Below are positions 16,995 through 26,680 of a stretch of 40,895 nucleotides of DNA, in pieces (positions within the stretch are counted from its first letter, which is position 1; every line of letters begins with the position of its first letter). The notes under the pieces were generated by a model, which had not been told where the DNA came from, searched no databases, and worked only from the letters and a program-made list of their open reading frames with translations. The position numbers were made by a program, and so were the translations under genes. The DNA is taken from the sequence record DRR378314_1571; one strand, written 5' to 3'.

Positions 16995-18371
16995 ATGACG
17001 AATTTCAGGACTGAGAAAGACAGCCTGGGCGACGTGCGTGTTCCCGAGGATGCCCTCTGGGGGGCTCAGACCCAGAGAGCGGTGGAGAACTTTCCGGTCA
17101 GTGGCTTGCCGATGCCTCCGGCGTTCATCGCGGCGGTGGTACGGGTAAAACAGGCGGCCGCGGATGCCAACGCCAGCCTTGGTCTGCTCGATAACGATCT
17201 GCGGGATGCGATTGTTGCCGCTGGCGACCGTCTGGTAAATGGCGAATTCGCCGACCAGTTTCCCATTGACCGTTACCAGACGGGGTCTGGCACCAGCACC
17301 AACATGAATGTGAACGAGGTCATCGCCGCCCTGGCGGCGCGGGAGGACGTCGAGATCCACCCCAATGACCACGTCAACATGAGCCAGAGCTCCAACGACG
17401 TGATCCCGACTGCCATCCATATCAGTGCGGTGGCGGGCATCTATGAACGGCTGATTCCGGCGCTGACCCATCTGTGTGGGGTGATCTACGAGCGTGAGGC
17501 GCTGTTCGCGGATCAGGTCAAGACCGGCCGCACCCATTTGATGGATGCCATGCCGGTCACCCTGGGCCAGGAACTGAGGACCTGGCGGGAGCAATTGCTC
17601 GCCACGAAAAAGCGCCTTGAGGCCGCGGCCGATGATTTGCTGGCGGTGCCCCAGGGTGGCACCGCCGTTGGAACGGGAGTGAATGCGCTGGAGGAGTTTC
17701 CGGGGCAGTTCGTCAAGTTCCTTTCATCCAACACTGGTTACCAGTTCCGGTCCCTGGAACACAAATTTGTGGGGCAGAGCGCCATCGACGCGCCCGTGGC
17801 CCTGTCGTCGCAACTGCGGGGACTGGCCATCGTACTGACCAAGATCGCCAACGACCTTCGCTGGATGAACAGCGGGCCGATCCACGGCCTGGCGGAAATC
17901 AGCCTGCCGGCCCTGCAGCCCGGCAGCAGCATCATGCCGGGCAAGGTAAACCCGGTGATTCCTGAGTCCGTGGCCATGGTCGGGGCCCAGGTCATGGGTC
18001 TGGACAGCACTGTGGCCATGGCCGGTCAGTCGGGCAACTTCCAGTTGAACGTGATGTTGCCGCTGGTAGGCGCCAATCTGCTGGACATGATTGAACTGCT
18101 GACCAACGCCTCGACCATGCTCGGTGACAAGGCGATCCGGGACTTTACCGTGAATACAGAGCACCTGGATGCCGCCGTCGGCAAAAACCCGGTATTGGTG
18201 ACCGCGTTGAACCCGGAAATTGGGTACAGCCTGGCCTCTGATATTGCCAAGGAAGCCTACCAGACCGGCAGACCGGTGATCGATGTGGCGGAAGAACGCA
18301 GTGGCCTTGATCGGAACCGGCTGGAGGAACTGATGGACCCGCTGAAGCTGACCAAAGGCGGGCTAGCCTGA
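16995..18371 (+). CDS. fumC: Class II fumarate hydratase (fumarase/aspartase superfamily)
   Basis: RTEKDSLG, QTGSGTSTNMNVNE, GRTHLMDA, GSSIMPGKVNP; GAGGAGG RBS. Confidence 0.92.
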   Translation: MTNFRTEKDSLGDVRVPEDALWGAQTQRAVENFPVSGLPMPPAFIAAVVRVKQAAADANASLGLLDNDLRDAIVAAGDRLVNGEFADQFPIDRYQTGSGTSTNMNVNEVIAALAAREDVEIHPNDHVNMSQSSNDVIPTAIHISAVAGIYERLIPALTHLCGVIYEREALFADQVKTGRTHLMDAMPVTLGQELRTWREQLLATKKRLEAAADDLLAVPQGGTAVGTGVNALEEFPGQFVKFLSSNTGYQFRSLEHKFVGQSAIDAPVALSSQLRGLAIVLTKIANDLRWMNSGPIHGLAEISLPALQPGSSIMPGKVNPVIPESVAMVGAQVMGLDSTVAMAGQSGNFQLNVMLPLVGANLLDMIELLTNASTMLGDKAIRDFTVNTEHLDAAVGKNPVLVTALNPEIGYSLASDIAKEAYQTGRPVIDVAEERSGLDRNRLEELMDPLKLTKGGLA

Positions 18372-18413
18372 CATTAACCGCCAAACGGGCGGCCCTGACG
18401 GAGATCGAGCCGA

Positions 18414-18896
18414 TTGCTGATTTATATCGAGCTCTTCGTGATGCTGGTGCTGGCAAATGGCGCACCGGTTCTGGCCGCCCGGCTATTGGGCCGGCGCTGG
18501 TCGGCCCCTGTCGACGGGGGCAGGCATTGGCGTGATGGGCAGCCGTTGCTGGGAAAAAGCAAAACCTGGCGCGGCGTGATATCCGGCGCATTGGCGTGTT
18601 GTCTGTTTGCGTGGATTGCGGGGATAGGGGCGTTGTTTGGCCTGATATTCGGGCTGCTGGGCCTGGTTGGCGATATCATCAGCAGCTTTGTCAAACGCCG
18701 TGCGGGGCTTGCCTCCAGTGCCCGGGCGGTCGGGCTTGATCAGGTTCCCGAAGCCTTGCTGCCAATGATCCTGGCATGGTCATGGCTTGGGCTGGGTTGG
18801 TTCGCGGTGGCCTTGGTTGTTGTGTTGTTCACCCTGGCCAACATCCTGCTGTCGCCGTTGCTGTACCGCCTGGGCATTCGACACCAGCCCCACTGA
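18414..18896 (+). CDS. CDP-archaeol synthase (CarS/DUF46)-like membrane cytidylyltransferase
   Basis: ANGAPV...PVDGG...DGQPLLGKSKTWRG and GDIISSFVKRR...LDQ motifs; TTG start with GGAG upstream. Confidence 0.8.
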   Translation: MLIYIELFVMLVLANGAPVLAARLLGRRWSAPVDGGRHWRDGQPLLGKSKTWRGVISGALACCLFAWIAGIGALFGLIFGLLGLVGDIISSFVKRRAGLASSARAVGLDQVPEALLPMILAWSWLGLGWFAVALVVVLFTLANILLSPLLYRLGIRHQPH

Positions 18897-18905
18897 GCAA
18901 GGTAG

Positions 18906-19880
18906 TCAGCCTGGCCCCCGCGTGAGGGTGTGTATGGTTACTTCCGGCGGGCAGTTCAGGCGTACATTGACCACCGACGTACCGGCGCCGGGCGAGGTAT
19001 AACCCTGCATGCCGTTGCGGTGCCAGTAGCCGCGGCCGAGCTCCCTGGGGCAATCGGCATCCAGGGTCACCGGAATACCACCAGGCAGGCAGATCTGGCC
19101 GCCGTGGGTATGGCCGCACAGGAAAATGTCGTAGCCCGCATGCGCCGCCTCCCGCCAGATTTCCGGGGTATGGCTGAGCAGGATGCTGATACCTCCGGGC
19201 GGAATGTCATCGCCTGCCCGGTGCAGGTTGTGAGCTTTGTAGAAATGGGCATCGTCGACGCCCGCCAGGTAGAGTTTTTCCCCGCCCCGCTGAAGTTCCG
19301 CCTGCTCGTTCATCAGTAAGTGATAACCCATGTCTTCAAGGCCCGGAACCATGCGTACACTGTCGTGGTTGCCCAGCACGGCGTAGGCCTTGCCGCGAAT
19401 GGCGTCCCGCAGCCTTGCCATGCCGTCCATGGCGCCTTCAATCGGGCCCCAGGTGAGCCGACGGTAGTCCCCGGTGAGCACGCAAACATCGTACTCAAGG
19501 GGCTCGATTTGCCGCATCACCGCCTGCAGGTTGGCCTCGTCCATATCCACATGCAGGTCGGTAAGGTGCAGTATGCGGAAGCCTTCGAAGGCTTGCGGCA
19601 GGCCGGGGATGTGAAACTGGTTGTGGGCCGTGTTCAGCCGGCGGCTGTTGTGCTGTCCACGCCGGAACATACCCGACAGCTTCAGACAGGCGCTGATGAA
19701 GCGCGGAGCGGACGTGATGTTTTCCAGATGGAATGAACGGCGGTCCGGCCCGAATACGCGTGCTTCCGCTTCGCGCTCAATGCCAAGGCGCTGGCGCGCA
19801 TGTACTGGGCCAAGGCGGAGGCTCAGGCGATACTCCAGGAGTTCATCCTGATTGTCTGGTGTATGGGCCCGGGCGGTCAT
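18906..19880 (-). CDS. Calcineurin-like metallophosphoesterase (YkuE/YaeI type)
   Basis: DLH, GDY, GNHD, SHTP and GHTHGGQ motifs. Confidence 0.9.
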   Translation of the reverse strand: MTARAHTPDNQDELLEYRLSLRLGPVHARQRLGIEREAEARVFGPDRRSFHLENITSAPRFISACLKLSGMFRRGQHNSRRLNTAHNQFHIPGLPQAFEGFRILHLTDLHVDMDEANLQAVMRQIEPLEYDVCVLTGDYRRLTWGPIEGAMDGMARLRDAIRGKAYAVLGNHDSVRMVPGLEDMGYHLLMNEQAELQRGGEKLYLAGVDDAHFYKAHNLHRAGDDIPPGGISILLSHTPEIWREAAHAGYDIFLCGHTHGGQICLPGGIPVTLDADCPRELGRGYWHRNGMQGYTSPGAGTSVVNVRLNCPPEVTIHTLTRGPG

Positions 19881-20025
19881 TGGCGGTCCTGTTGGTTGTT
19901 GGAAACGTTACCTGTCACGATCCGGTCAACCCGTCCCTTCATTATGGTCGGGACTGTGAGTGATGCAACCAGGGCGTCATAATGTTCATCATTCTTAACA
20001 CACGTTGCCACCATCAGAGCGTTCC

Positions 20026-21219
20026 ATGACCAAGGATAGCTTCTCCAAGGATACTTATGCCGGGGCCCTGCCTGTCTGGCACATTTTCCTGCTGTTTCTG
20101 CGCCTGGGCCTGACGTCTTTCGGCGGTCCGGCTGCCCATCTGGGGTTCTTTCACGACGAATTCGTAAAACGTCGGCGGTGGCTGTCGGACGCCGCTTATG
20201 GCGAGGTTGTGGCGTTGTGTCAGCTGTTGCCCGGCCCGGCTTCCAGCCAGGTGGGGCTGACCCTGGGGTTCTTGCAGCGGGGGTATGGGGGCGCTGCCGC
20301 AGCCTGGCTTGGGTTTACCCTGCCATCGGCTGTGCTGATGACGCTGTTTGCCCTGGGTCTTGGCGTGTGGCCGGGCGCCGAACAGGGTGGATGGATAACC
20401 GGCCTCAAACTCTTTGTGGTGGCGGTGGTTGCCCAGGCGGTATGGCAGATGGGAAAAACCCTCTGCCCGGATGCGCCGCGCCTGTCGATTGCCGTGGGGG
20501 TCGCGGTTGTTCTGTTGGCGGCGGGTGCGGCCTGGATGCAGATACTGGTTCTGCTTGCTGCCGGTGCCGTGGGTGCGGCAATGAAACTGCCGCAAAAGCG
20601 GGCCGAAGAGACGTTAACCATACCGGTTCAGACCCGCCGGCCGATGGTATTCCTGGCGGTGTTCTCGGTGCTTCTGTTATTGGCGTTCGTTCCTCTGGCT
20701 TCCGGCTCCCTGGCCTGGATCTGGTCCGAGCTCTACCGCGCTGGGGCGCTGGTGTTCGGGGGTGGTCATGTGGTGTTGCCCTGGCTGCAGGCGGGGTTTG
20801 TGTCGCCTGGTCACCTGTCAGCAGATACCTTCCTGGCGGGCTACGGCGTCGCCCAGGCTATGCCCGGCCCCCTCTTTACCTTCTCGGCGTTTCTGGGCGG
20901 TGTCCAGAGCGGGTGGGCCGGTGCCGCCGTTGCTGTGTTTGCCGTTTTCCTCCCAGGAACCCTGCTGGTATTTGCCGGTCTACCCCTGTGGTCGTACATT
21001 CGTAACCATGCCGTCGCCCGGGCTGCCCTGTCGGGGGTGAACGCCGGAGTCGTGGGGCTTCTTCTGGCAGCGCTTTATGATCCGGTCTGGACCTCTGCCG
21101 TAGATAGTTCCGGCGGGATTGCGTTTGTCCTGCTTGCCTGGGTGTCCCTGGCGATCTGGAAGGTGCCGGTCTGGTTGCTGGCGCCGGGCAGCGCGCTGGT
21201 TGGTCTGCTGATTTTTTGA
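20026..21219 (+). CDS. chrA: Chromate ion transporter, CHR family
   Basis: Two homologous halves with SFGG...QLLPGPASSQ and VFGGGHVVLP...QAMPGPLF. Confidence 0.92.
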   Translation: MTKDSFSKDTYAGALPVWHIFLLFLRLGLTSFGGPAAHLGFFHDEFVKRRRWLSDAAYGEVVALCQLLPGPASSQVGLTLGFLQRGYGGAAAAWLGFTLPSAVLMTLFALGLGVWPGAEQGGWITGLKLFVVAVVAQAVWQMGKTLCPDAPRLSIAVGVAVVLLAAGAAWMQILVLLAAGAVGAAMKLPQKRAEETLTIPVQTRRPMVFLAVFSVLLLLAFVPLASGSLAWIWSELYRAGALVFGGGHVVLPWLQAGFVSPGHLSADTFLAGYGVAQAMPGPLFTFSAFLGGVQSGWAGAAVAVFAVFLPGTLLVFAGLPLWSYIRNHAVARAALSGVNAGVVGLLLAALYDPVWTSAVDSSGGIAFVLLAWVSLAIWKVPVWLLAPGSALVGLLIF

Positions 21220-21316
21220 TGCCCCAAAAGTGGGGTAGCTAAAACCGATCAGGGAGGCCACACTTGGGCATTGGAAAATAGAATGAACGGTAACGACTCA
21301 GAAACAGAGGCTGATT

Positions 21317-21964
21317 ATGTCGACATCCTGCACGATTCCAGGCCTGAATGTACCGAAAAGCCGCTTTCCGGACCCCGAAAGCGATTTGCCGGCCGGTGAT
21401 GGCCACGAGCAACGGGTGGTGCTTGGCGGAGGCTGTTTCTGGTGCGTGGAAGCGGTTTTCCTGGCGGTTAACGGCGTAAACCGGGTGGAGTCCGGCTACG
21501 CTGGTGGCAGTGCGGAAACCGCCAACTATGACGCGGTGTGCAGTGGCCAGACCGGCCATGCCGAAGTGGTGAATGTGCATTACGACCCACAGACGGTCAG
21601 CTTCGGGGAAATCCTGAAGGTGTTCTTCTCGGTGGCCCACGACCCAACGCAGCTGAACCGTCAGGGTAACGATCGTGGTACGCAGTATCGGTCGGCTGTG
21701 TTTTACGAAAATGACGAACAGAAACAGGTAGCGGACGCCTACATTCGCCAACTGGACTCGGCGGGTGTTTATGAAAGTCCCCTGGCGACCACCCTGGAGC
21801 CTTTGGACGCTTTTTATCCGGCGGAAGAGTATCACCAGAACTTTGCCGCCCGGAACCCGTATCAGCCCTACATTATGGCCGTTGCGGCACCGAAGCTGGA
21901 AAAGCTTGTGGATACGTTCGGTGACCAGCTCAAGCCCGGTTACACCGACAACAACATTGCCTGA
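21317..21964 (+). CDS. msrA: Peptide-methionine (S)-S-oxide reductase
   Basis: GGCFWC active site, [31 protein letters not shown]. Confidence 0.96.
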   Translation: MSTSCTIPGLNVPKSRFPDPESDLPAGDGHEQRVVLGGGCFWCVEAVFLAVNGVNRVESGYAGGSAETANYDAVCSGQTGHAEVVNVHYDPQTVSFGEILKVFFSVAHDPTQLNRQGNDRGTQYRSAVFYENDEQKQVADAYIRQLDSAGVYESPLATTLEPLDAFYPAEEYHQNFAARNPYQPYIMAVAAPKLEKLVDTFGDQLKPGYTDNNIA

Positions 21965-21974
21965 GGAGGCTGCT

Positions 21975-22403
21975 ATGAGCGTTTCTGCTGCAGGTTATGA
22001 TCTGACCCCGCTTACCCCACAACAGGTGGACGAGAAAGCTGCGGGCCTCACGGATGAAGAGCGTCGTGTGTTGCTGGACCACGGCACCGAGCGGCCGTTT
22101 TGCGGCACCTTGCTCGACAACAAGAATACCGGCGCTTACTACTGCCGGCTGTGCGAACTGCCGCTGTTCAGTTCCGACTCCAAGTTTGATTCCGGTACCG
22201 GTTGGCCCAGCTTTTTCCAGCCCTTCGACACCGACCATATCCGTTACATCGAAGACACCAGCATGGGCATGACTCGCACGGAAATCCGCTGCCCGCGCTG
22301 CGACAGTCATCTTGGGCATGTGTTTCCCGACGGGCCACCACCGACCGGGCAACGCTATTGCCTGAACTCGGTGGCGATGGTGTTCCGGGAAAATCAGGGC
22401 TAG
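21975..22403 (+). CDS. msrB: Peptide-methionine (R)-S-oxide reductase
   Basis: GTERPF, CxxC zinc pairs, [33 protein letters not shown] before ATG 21975. Confidence 0.96.
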   Translation: MSVSAAGYDLTPLTPQQVDEKAAGLTDEERRVLLDHGTERPFCGTLLDNKNTGAYYCRLCELPLFSSDSKFDSGTGWPSFFQPFDTDHIRYIEDTSMGMTRTEIRCPRCDSHLGHVFPDGPPPTGQRYCLNSVAMVFRENQG

Positions 22404-22408
22404 GACGT

Positions 22409-22451
22409 TGCGGAGGGCCGGATTTTACTCGGTACAATCCGGCCCTCCGCA
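22409..22451. repeat. 16-bp perfect inverted repeat between convergent msrB and antiporter genes (REP-like / bidirectional hairpin)
   Basis: TGCGGAGGGCCGGATT-N11-AATCCGGCCCTCCGCA; no U tract on either side. Confidence 0.75.
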
Positions 22452-22456
22452 GTGGT

Positions 22457-23428
22457 TCAGCGAATGAGTGTGGACACCAGATAGCTGGTATAGCAGACGT
22501 ATACGACGAGCAGCAACAGTCCGTCTGGCCGGCCAATCACCCGGGCCCTGCCAGCCAAGCCCATGCTCATCATCAACAGGCCGACGGTCAGGGCCGTCAT
22601 GAGCGTCCAGTCGCGATAGAGCACTTCCATGTCGACCGACAGCGGTTCAATGGTGGCTGCCAGGCCAACCACCGCCAGGGTGTTGAATATCCCGGACCCG
22701 ACGATGTTACCCAGGATCAGGTCATGCTCGTTTTTCTTGACCGCTGCCAGTGCAGATGCGAGCTCAGGCAGTGATGTGCCGATGGCTACAATCGTCAGGC
22801 CGATAATGAGGTCGCTGACGCCCAGGCTCTGAGCGATGAACACCGCGCCCCAGACCAGCATTCGAGAGCTTACCAGCAGCAGCACGAGGCCAATGACCAG
22901 CCACATCAGGGCGATCTTCAGCGGCATCGGGTGGGCGGCCAGTTCTGAGTCTGTCTCGCCAATCAGGGAGTCGCCCTTGCCCCGGATTCCCTGGTAAATG
23001 GACCAGCCCATTACCATTGCGAAGACCGCCAGCAGAACCCAGCCGTCGGCCCTGGACAGTTCGCCATCAATCAACTGGTAGCCGGCAATGGCCGTCAATA
23101 CCAGCAGCAATGGCAGTTCCTTACGAATCACCTGGGAATGCACAGCAATGGGGGCGATCACCGCAGTAAGGCCAACGATCACCGCAATGTTGGTGATGTT
23201 CGACCCGTAGGCGTTACCCAGGGCGAGTCCGGGATTGCCATCCAGGGCGGCCATGGCTGACACCGCCAATTCCGGCGCAGAGGTGCCGAAACCGATGATC
23301 ACCATGCCAATCAGCAGTGATGGCATGCCAAGGTGTTTGGCGGTGGCCGCTGCGCCTTCGATGAAGCGGTCAGCGCTCCAGACAAGTAGAACCAGGCCAG
23401 CAATGATTGCTGCGATTGCCAATAGCAT
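22457..23428 (-). CDS. Calcium/sodium antiporter (CaCA family, YrbG-like)
   Basis: Alpha repeats GTSAPE...GNAYGSN and GTSLPE...GNIVGS; ATG 23428 chosen as start. Confidence 0.92.
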   Translation of the reverse strand: MLLAIAAIIAGLVLLVWSADRFIEGAAATAKHLGMPSLLIGMVIIGFGTSAPELAVSAMAALDGNPGLALGNAYGSNITNIAVIVGLTAVIAPIAVHSQVIRKELPLLLVLTAIAGYQLIDGELSRADGWVLLAVFAMVMGWSIYQGIRGKGDSLIGETDSELAAHPMPLKIALMWLVIGLVLLLVSSRMLVWGAVFIAQSLGVSDLIIGLTIVAIGTSLPELASALAAVKKNEHDLILGNIVGSGIFNTLAVVGLAATIEPLSVDMEVLYRDWTLMTALTVGLLMMSMGLAGRARVIGRPDGLLLLVVYVCYTSYLVSTLIR

Positions 23429-23760
23429 AAAAGGTGCCTTGTTGATGTAAGCCGCACGGTATGAGACTAAAGTGGCGGTGATATCGTTGAACACAGACGC
23501 GAGAATGTAACAAGGAGCGCCCGGCGAGCGCATTTTAAACGTTTGACCCACGCACGGCCACCGTCCGTAAAATAATCAGTAGGTTGGCCCCTGCCAGATA
23601 CGCCGGCGCACCCAGCCCATGCGGGCTCCGATCGGGAGTCAGTTGTTTATCGCAATTTATTATCCGATCAAAAAGCGGGATAATCGCGCCGCAACTTCAC
23701 AAAGCCCCTCTGCTGATCGTGGACGGGCGACAGGCTTTAAACTAGCTAGGGTGATAACCA

Positions 23761-25242
23761 ATGGCCGTTAGACAGGCAGATGTAGTGCTGGTCGGCGGTG
23801 GCGTCATGAGCGCTACCCTCGGCATGATGCTCAGGCAGCTGGATCCTTCCCTGGACATCGTGATGGTGGAACGTCTTGACCACGTTGCCCATGAAAGCAC
23901 CGACGGATGGAATAATGCGGGTACCGGGCACGCAGGCTACTGTGAGCTCAATTACACGCCGGAAACAGAGAGTGGCGACGTAACCATTGAACGGGCCCTG
24001 AACATCAATGCCTCGTTCGAAGTGTCACTGCAGTTCTGGTCCCATCTTGTTGAGCAGGGCATCCTGCCTGAGCCCAAGACCTTTATTAACCGAACCCCTC
24101 ACCAGAGTTTTGTCTGGGGCGAGGACGGCGTGAAGTTCCTCAAGCGCCGTTACGAAAAGCTCAGCGCCCACCACCTGTTCCGCGAAATGGAATACACCGA
24201 ATCCCCACGGGATCTGGAAGAGTGGATGCCGCTGGTGGTCAACAACCGGGACCCGATGCAAAAGGTAGCCGCCACTCGAATCAAGCACGGGTCAGACGTG
24301 GACTTTGGCTCGCTGACCCGCAGCATGGTGGAGTTCCTGGAAACCACGCCGAATTTCGAATTGATGCTGAGCAGCCCCGTGCATTACCTGGCCAAGCGCG
24401 ATAACGGCCGCTGGAAGGTGCGGGTGAAGAACCAGAAAACCGGAGAGTTGACCAAGCTGGAAGCCGGGTTTGTGTTCCTGGGCGCCGGTGGTGGTGCGTT
24501 GCCGATGCTGCAGAAGTCCAATATTGACGAGTCCAAGGGCTACGGTGGCTTTCCGGTCAGCGGGCAGTGGCTGGTGTGCCAGAAGCCGGAGATCGTCGAA
24601 CAGCATCACTCCAAGGTATACGGCAAGGCACCGATCGGGGCACCGCCCATGTCGGTGCCGCATCTGGACACCCGCATTATCAATGGTGAGCCAGCGCTTC
24701 TGTTTGGCCCGTTTGCCGGTTTCACGACGCGCTTCCTCAAGCAGGGCTCGGTGTTTGACTTGTTTGGTTCCGTGCGGTCCGCCAATCTTCGCCCCATGCT
24801 GTCGGTCAGCCGTACCAACATGGACCTGACCCGCTACCTGATTGGCGAAGTCTTCCAGTCACACGAAGACCGCGTGGCGTCACTGCGGAACTACTTCCCG
24901 GACGCACAAGAGGAAGACTGGCGCCTGCAGGACGCCGGCCAACGGGTTCAGATCATCAAGAAGTCTCCCGATGGTGGCGGCAAGCTCGAGTTCGGAACCG
25001 AAATCGTGGCTGCAAAAGACGGCACTCTGGCTGCACTTCTGGGAGCGTCGCCGGGTGCGTCAACCGCCGCCCACGCCATGATCGATGTGATTGAACGTTG
25101 TTTCCCGGAGCACATTAAATCGCCGGAGTGGCAGGAGCGTATGAAAGTGATGGTGCCGTCGTATGGCCAATCGCTGGTGGATGATGAGCAATTACTCAAT
25201 AAAGTGCGGGAAAGGACGCTGTCCACCTTGAAATTGGGGTGA
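23761..25242 (+). CDS. mqo: Malate:quinone oxidoreductase
   Basis: DVVLVGGGVMSATLG, WNNAGTGH, GAPPMSVPHLDTR, AALLGASPGAST. Confidence 0.96.
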   Translation: MAVRQADVVLVGGGVMSATLGMMLRQLDPSLDIVMVERLDHVAHESTDGWNNAGTGHAGYCELNYTPETESGDVTIERALNINASFEVSLQFWSHLVEQGILPEPKTFINRTPHQSFVWGEDGVKFLKRRYEKLSAHHLFREMEYTESPRDLEEWMPLVVNNRDPMQKVAATRIKHGSDVDFGSLTRSMVEFLETTPNFELMLSSPVHYLAKRDNGRWKVRVKNQKTGELTKLEAGFVFLGAGGGALPMLQKSNIDESKGYGGFPVSGQWLVCQKPEIVEQHHSKVYGKAPIGAPPMSVPHLDTRIINGEPALLFGPFAGFTTRFLKQGSVFDLFGSVRSANLRPMLSVSRTNMDLTRYLIGEVFQSHEDRVASLRNYFPDAQEEDWRLQDAGQRVQIIKKSPDGGGKLEFGTEIVAAKDGTLAALLGASPGASTAAHAMIDVIERCFPEHIKSPEWQERMKVMVPSYGQSLVDDEQLLNKVRERTLSTLKLG

Positions 25243-25269
25243 TATTCCCAAACGTTCTAAGAACTGCAG

Positions 25270-25316
25270 AAGCACTGCCAGCACTGGTTTAAACGCCCGT
25301 GGTGACAGTGCTTTTT
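25270..25316 (+). terminator. Probable terminator after mqo
   Basis: AAGCACTG...CAGTGCTT stem with a large imperfect interior, followed by Ts. Confidence 0.5.
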
Positions 25317-25394
25317 GCGTTCTAGGCACCCCGTTTGTTTGCGATTTGCACCTGACGCGTTAGGTTATAAGAACACCCACAAAGGAGAAGGCAT

Positions 25395-26627
25395 ATGAGC
25401 GAGCAAACGTTCGACCCGAATAAAGGCTATGTTGCGCTCCTGGGCTGGAGTCTGAACGCGGTGGAAGCCGCGGACAAGTTCGACCGCCGCTATGTGGTTG
25501 TTGCGCCCGATTGGGCGGAAGCCTACTGCAAAGAACACGACATTCCCTATGTGCCCTGGAACTTCGAGCGCCTGAACGACCGCTCTGTCGAGATTGCACA
25601 GACACTCAAGGAAATGGGCGTCAACGTGGCCATTCCGTTGTTCGAGGAAACGGTGGAGTGGGCCGGTGCTATCAATTCGGTACTGATGGATCAGCCCAAA
25701 CTGTTCGGCCAGTCCATGCTGTTGCGGGACAAGGCCCTGATGAAACGCCGCGCCCAGCTGGGCGGTATCCGCGTTGGCATCTTTGAGGAAGCCCACGATC
25801 GGGAAGACGTCATCCGCTTCCTCAAACGCGTTAACCAGACGCTGCTGAAGCTGGATGGGGACCCCAATGACCCGATTCACCTGAAAGCCTTCGACAAAGC
25901 CGGTTGCCTTGGCCACCGTGTGATTCGGACGCCGGATGAAGTGGACACCATCCCCGATGAAGAATTCCCAGTGTTGATGGAGTCCCACCTGGATGGTTGG
26001 GAGTTCGCGGTTGAGGCCTGGATTCACAACGGAAAGGTTGCGTTCCTGAACATCTCCGAGTACGTCACACTTGGCTATTCCGTGTTCGTTCCGGCCACGC
26101 CCGATCTGGAGCGTTACCGCGAACAGATTACCCGGGAGATCGAAAAACTGATCAAGACCTTCGACATCGAATTCGGGTTTATCCACCCCGAGTACTTCGT
26201 CACCAGCGACAGCACCATGTACTTCGGTGAGGTAGCGTATCGCCCACCGGGCTTCAAGGTGTTCGAGCTGCTTGAAAAAGCCTACGGCTTCAACGCCTAT
26301 CAGGCATTGATCATGACGTTCGATCCGAAAACCACCGACGAAGAGGTCAAGACCTTCTTCCCGAAAGAGGTGGTGGACGCGAAAGGCTATGCGGGTTGTT
26401 TCGGTGTTTATCCGCGTCGTCGCGTAGTCAGCACGCTGGAAATGCCCGAGGAAACAGAAAATCACGAGTATTTCGAGTCTCACGAGCTGACGCCGCCGCT
26501 GGAAGAAACCGTCACCAAGCGTACGGCCTTCGGCACGCATTGGGGGCTGATTTACTTCTTCGGTGAAGACCCCTACGTGATGCGGGATTTACTGAAACAT
26601 CAGGAAGAACTGGATTTCTATGTATAA
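25395..26627 (+). CDS. ATP-grasp carboxylate-amine ligase of unknown specificity
   Basis: RDKALMK, HLKAFDKAGCLG, MESHLDGWEFAVE, FIHPEYF, FGEVAYRPPG; AAAGGAG RBS. Confidence 0.85.
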   Translation: MSEQTFDPNKGYVALLGWSLNAVEAADKFDRRYVVVAPDWAEAYCKEHDIPYVPWNFERLNDRSVEIAQTLKEMGVNVAIPLFEETVEWAGAINSVLMDQPKLFGQSMLLRDKALMKRRAQLGGIRVGIFEEAHDREDVIRFLKRVNQTLLKLDGDPNDPIHLKAFDKAGCLGHRVIRTPDEVDTIPDEEFPVLMESHLDGWEFAVEAWIHNGKVAFLNISEYVTLGYSVFVPATPDLERYREQITREIEKLIKTFDIEFGFIHPEYFVTSDSTMYFGEVAYRPPGFKVFELLEKAYGFNAYQALIMTFDPKTTDEEVKTFFPKEVVDAKGYAGCFGVYPRRRVVSTLEMPEETENHEYFESHELTPPLEETVTKRTAFGTHWGLIYFFGEDPYVMRDLLKHQEELDFYV

Positions 26628-26680
26628 TTCCGCAAGGAATTAACAACAACGGGCCTGGTCCAGGCCCTGAGGAAGACAGT

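Noticed and set aside
19912-19929. PHO-box-like CTGTCAC-GATC-CGGTCAA upstream of chrA
   Set aside because: Second heptamer is degenerate and the spacer is not A/T-rich; too weak to call
23429-23700. yybP-ykoY (Mn2+) riboswitch upstream of the Ca/Na antiporter
   Set aside because: The expected GGGGAGUAG and GAGACC-type conserved segments are not visible on the minus strand
25323-25342. Sigma54 promoter upstream of the ATP-grasp gene
   Set aside because: GGCAC-N5-TTGT lacks the required GC at -12
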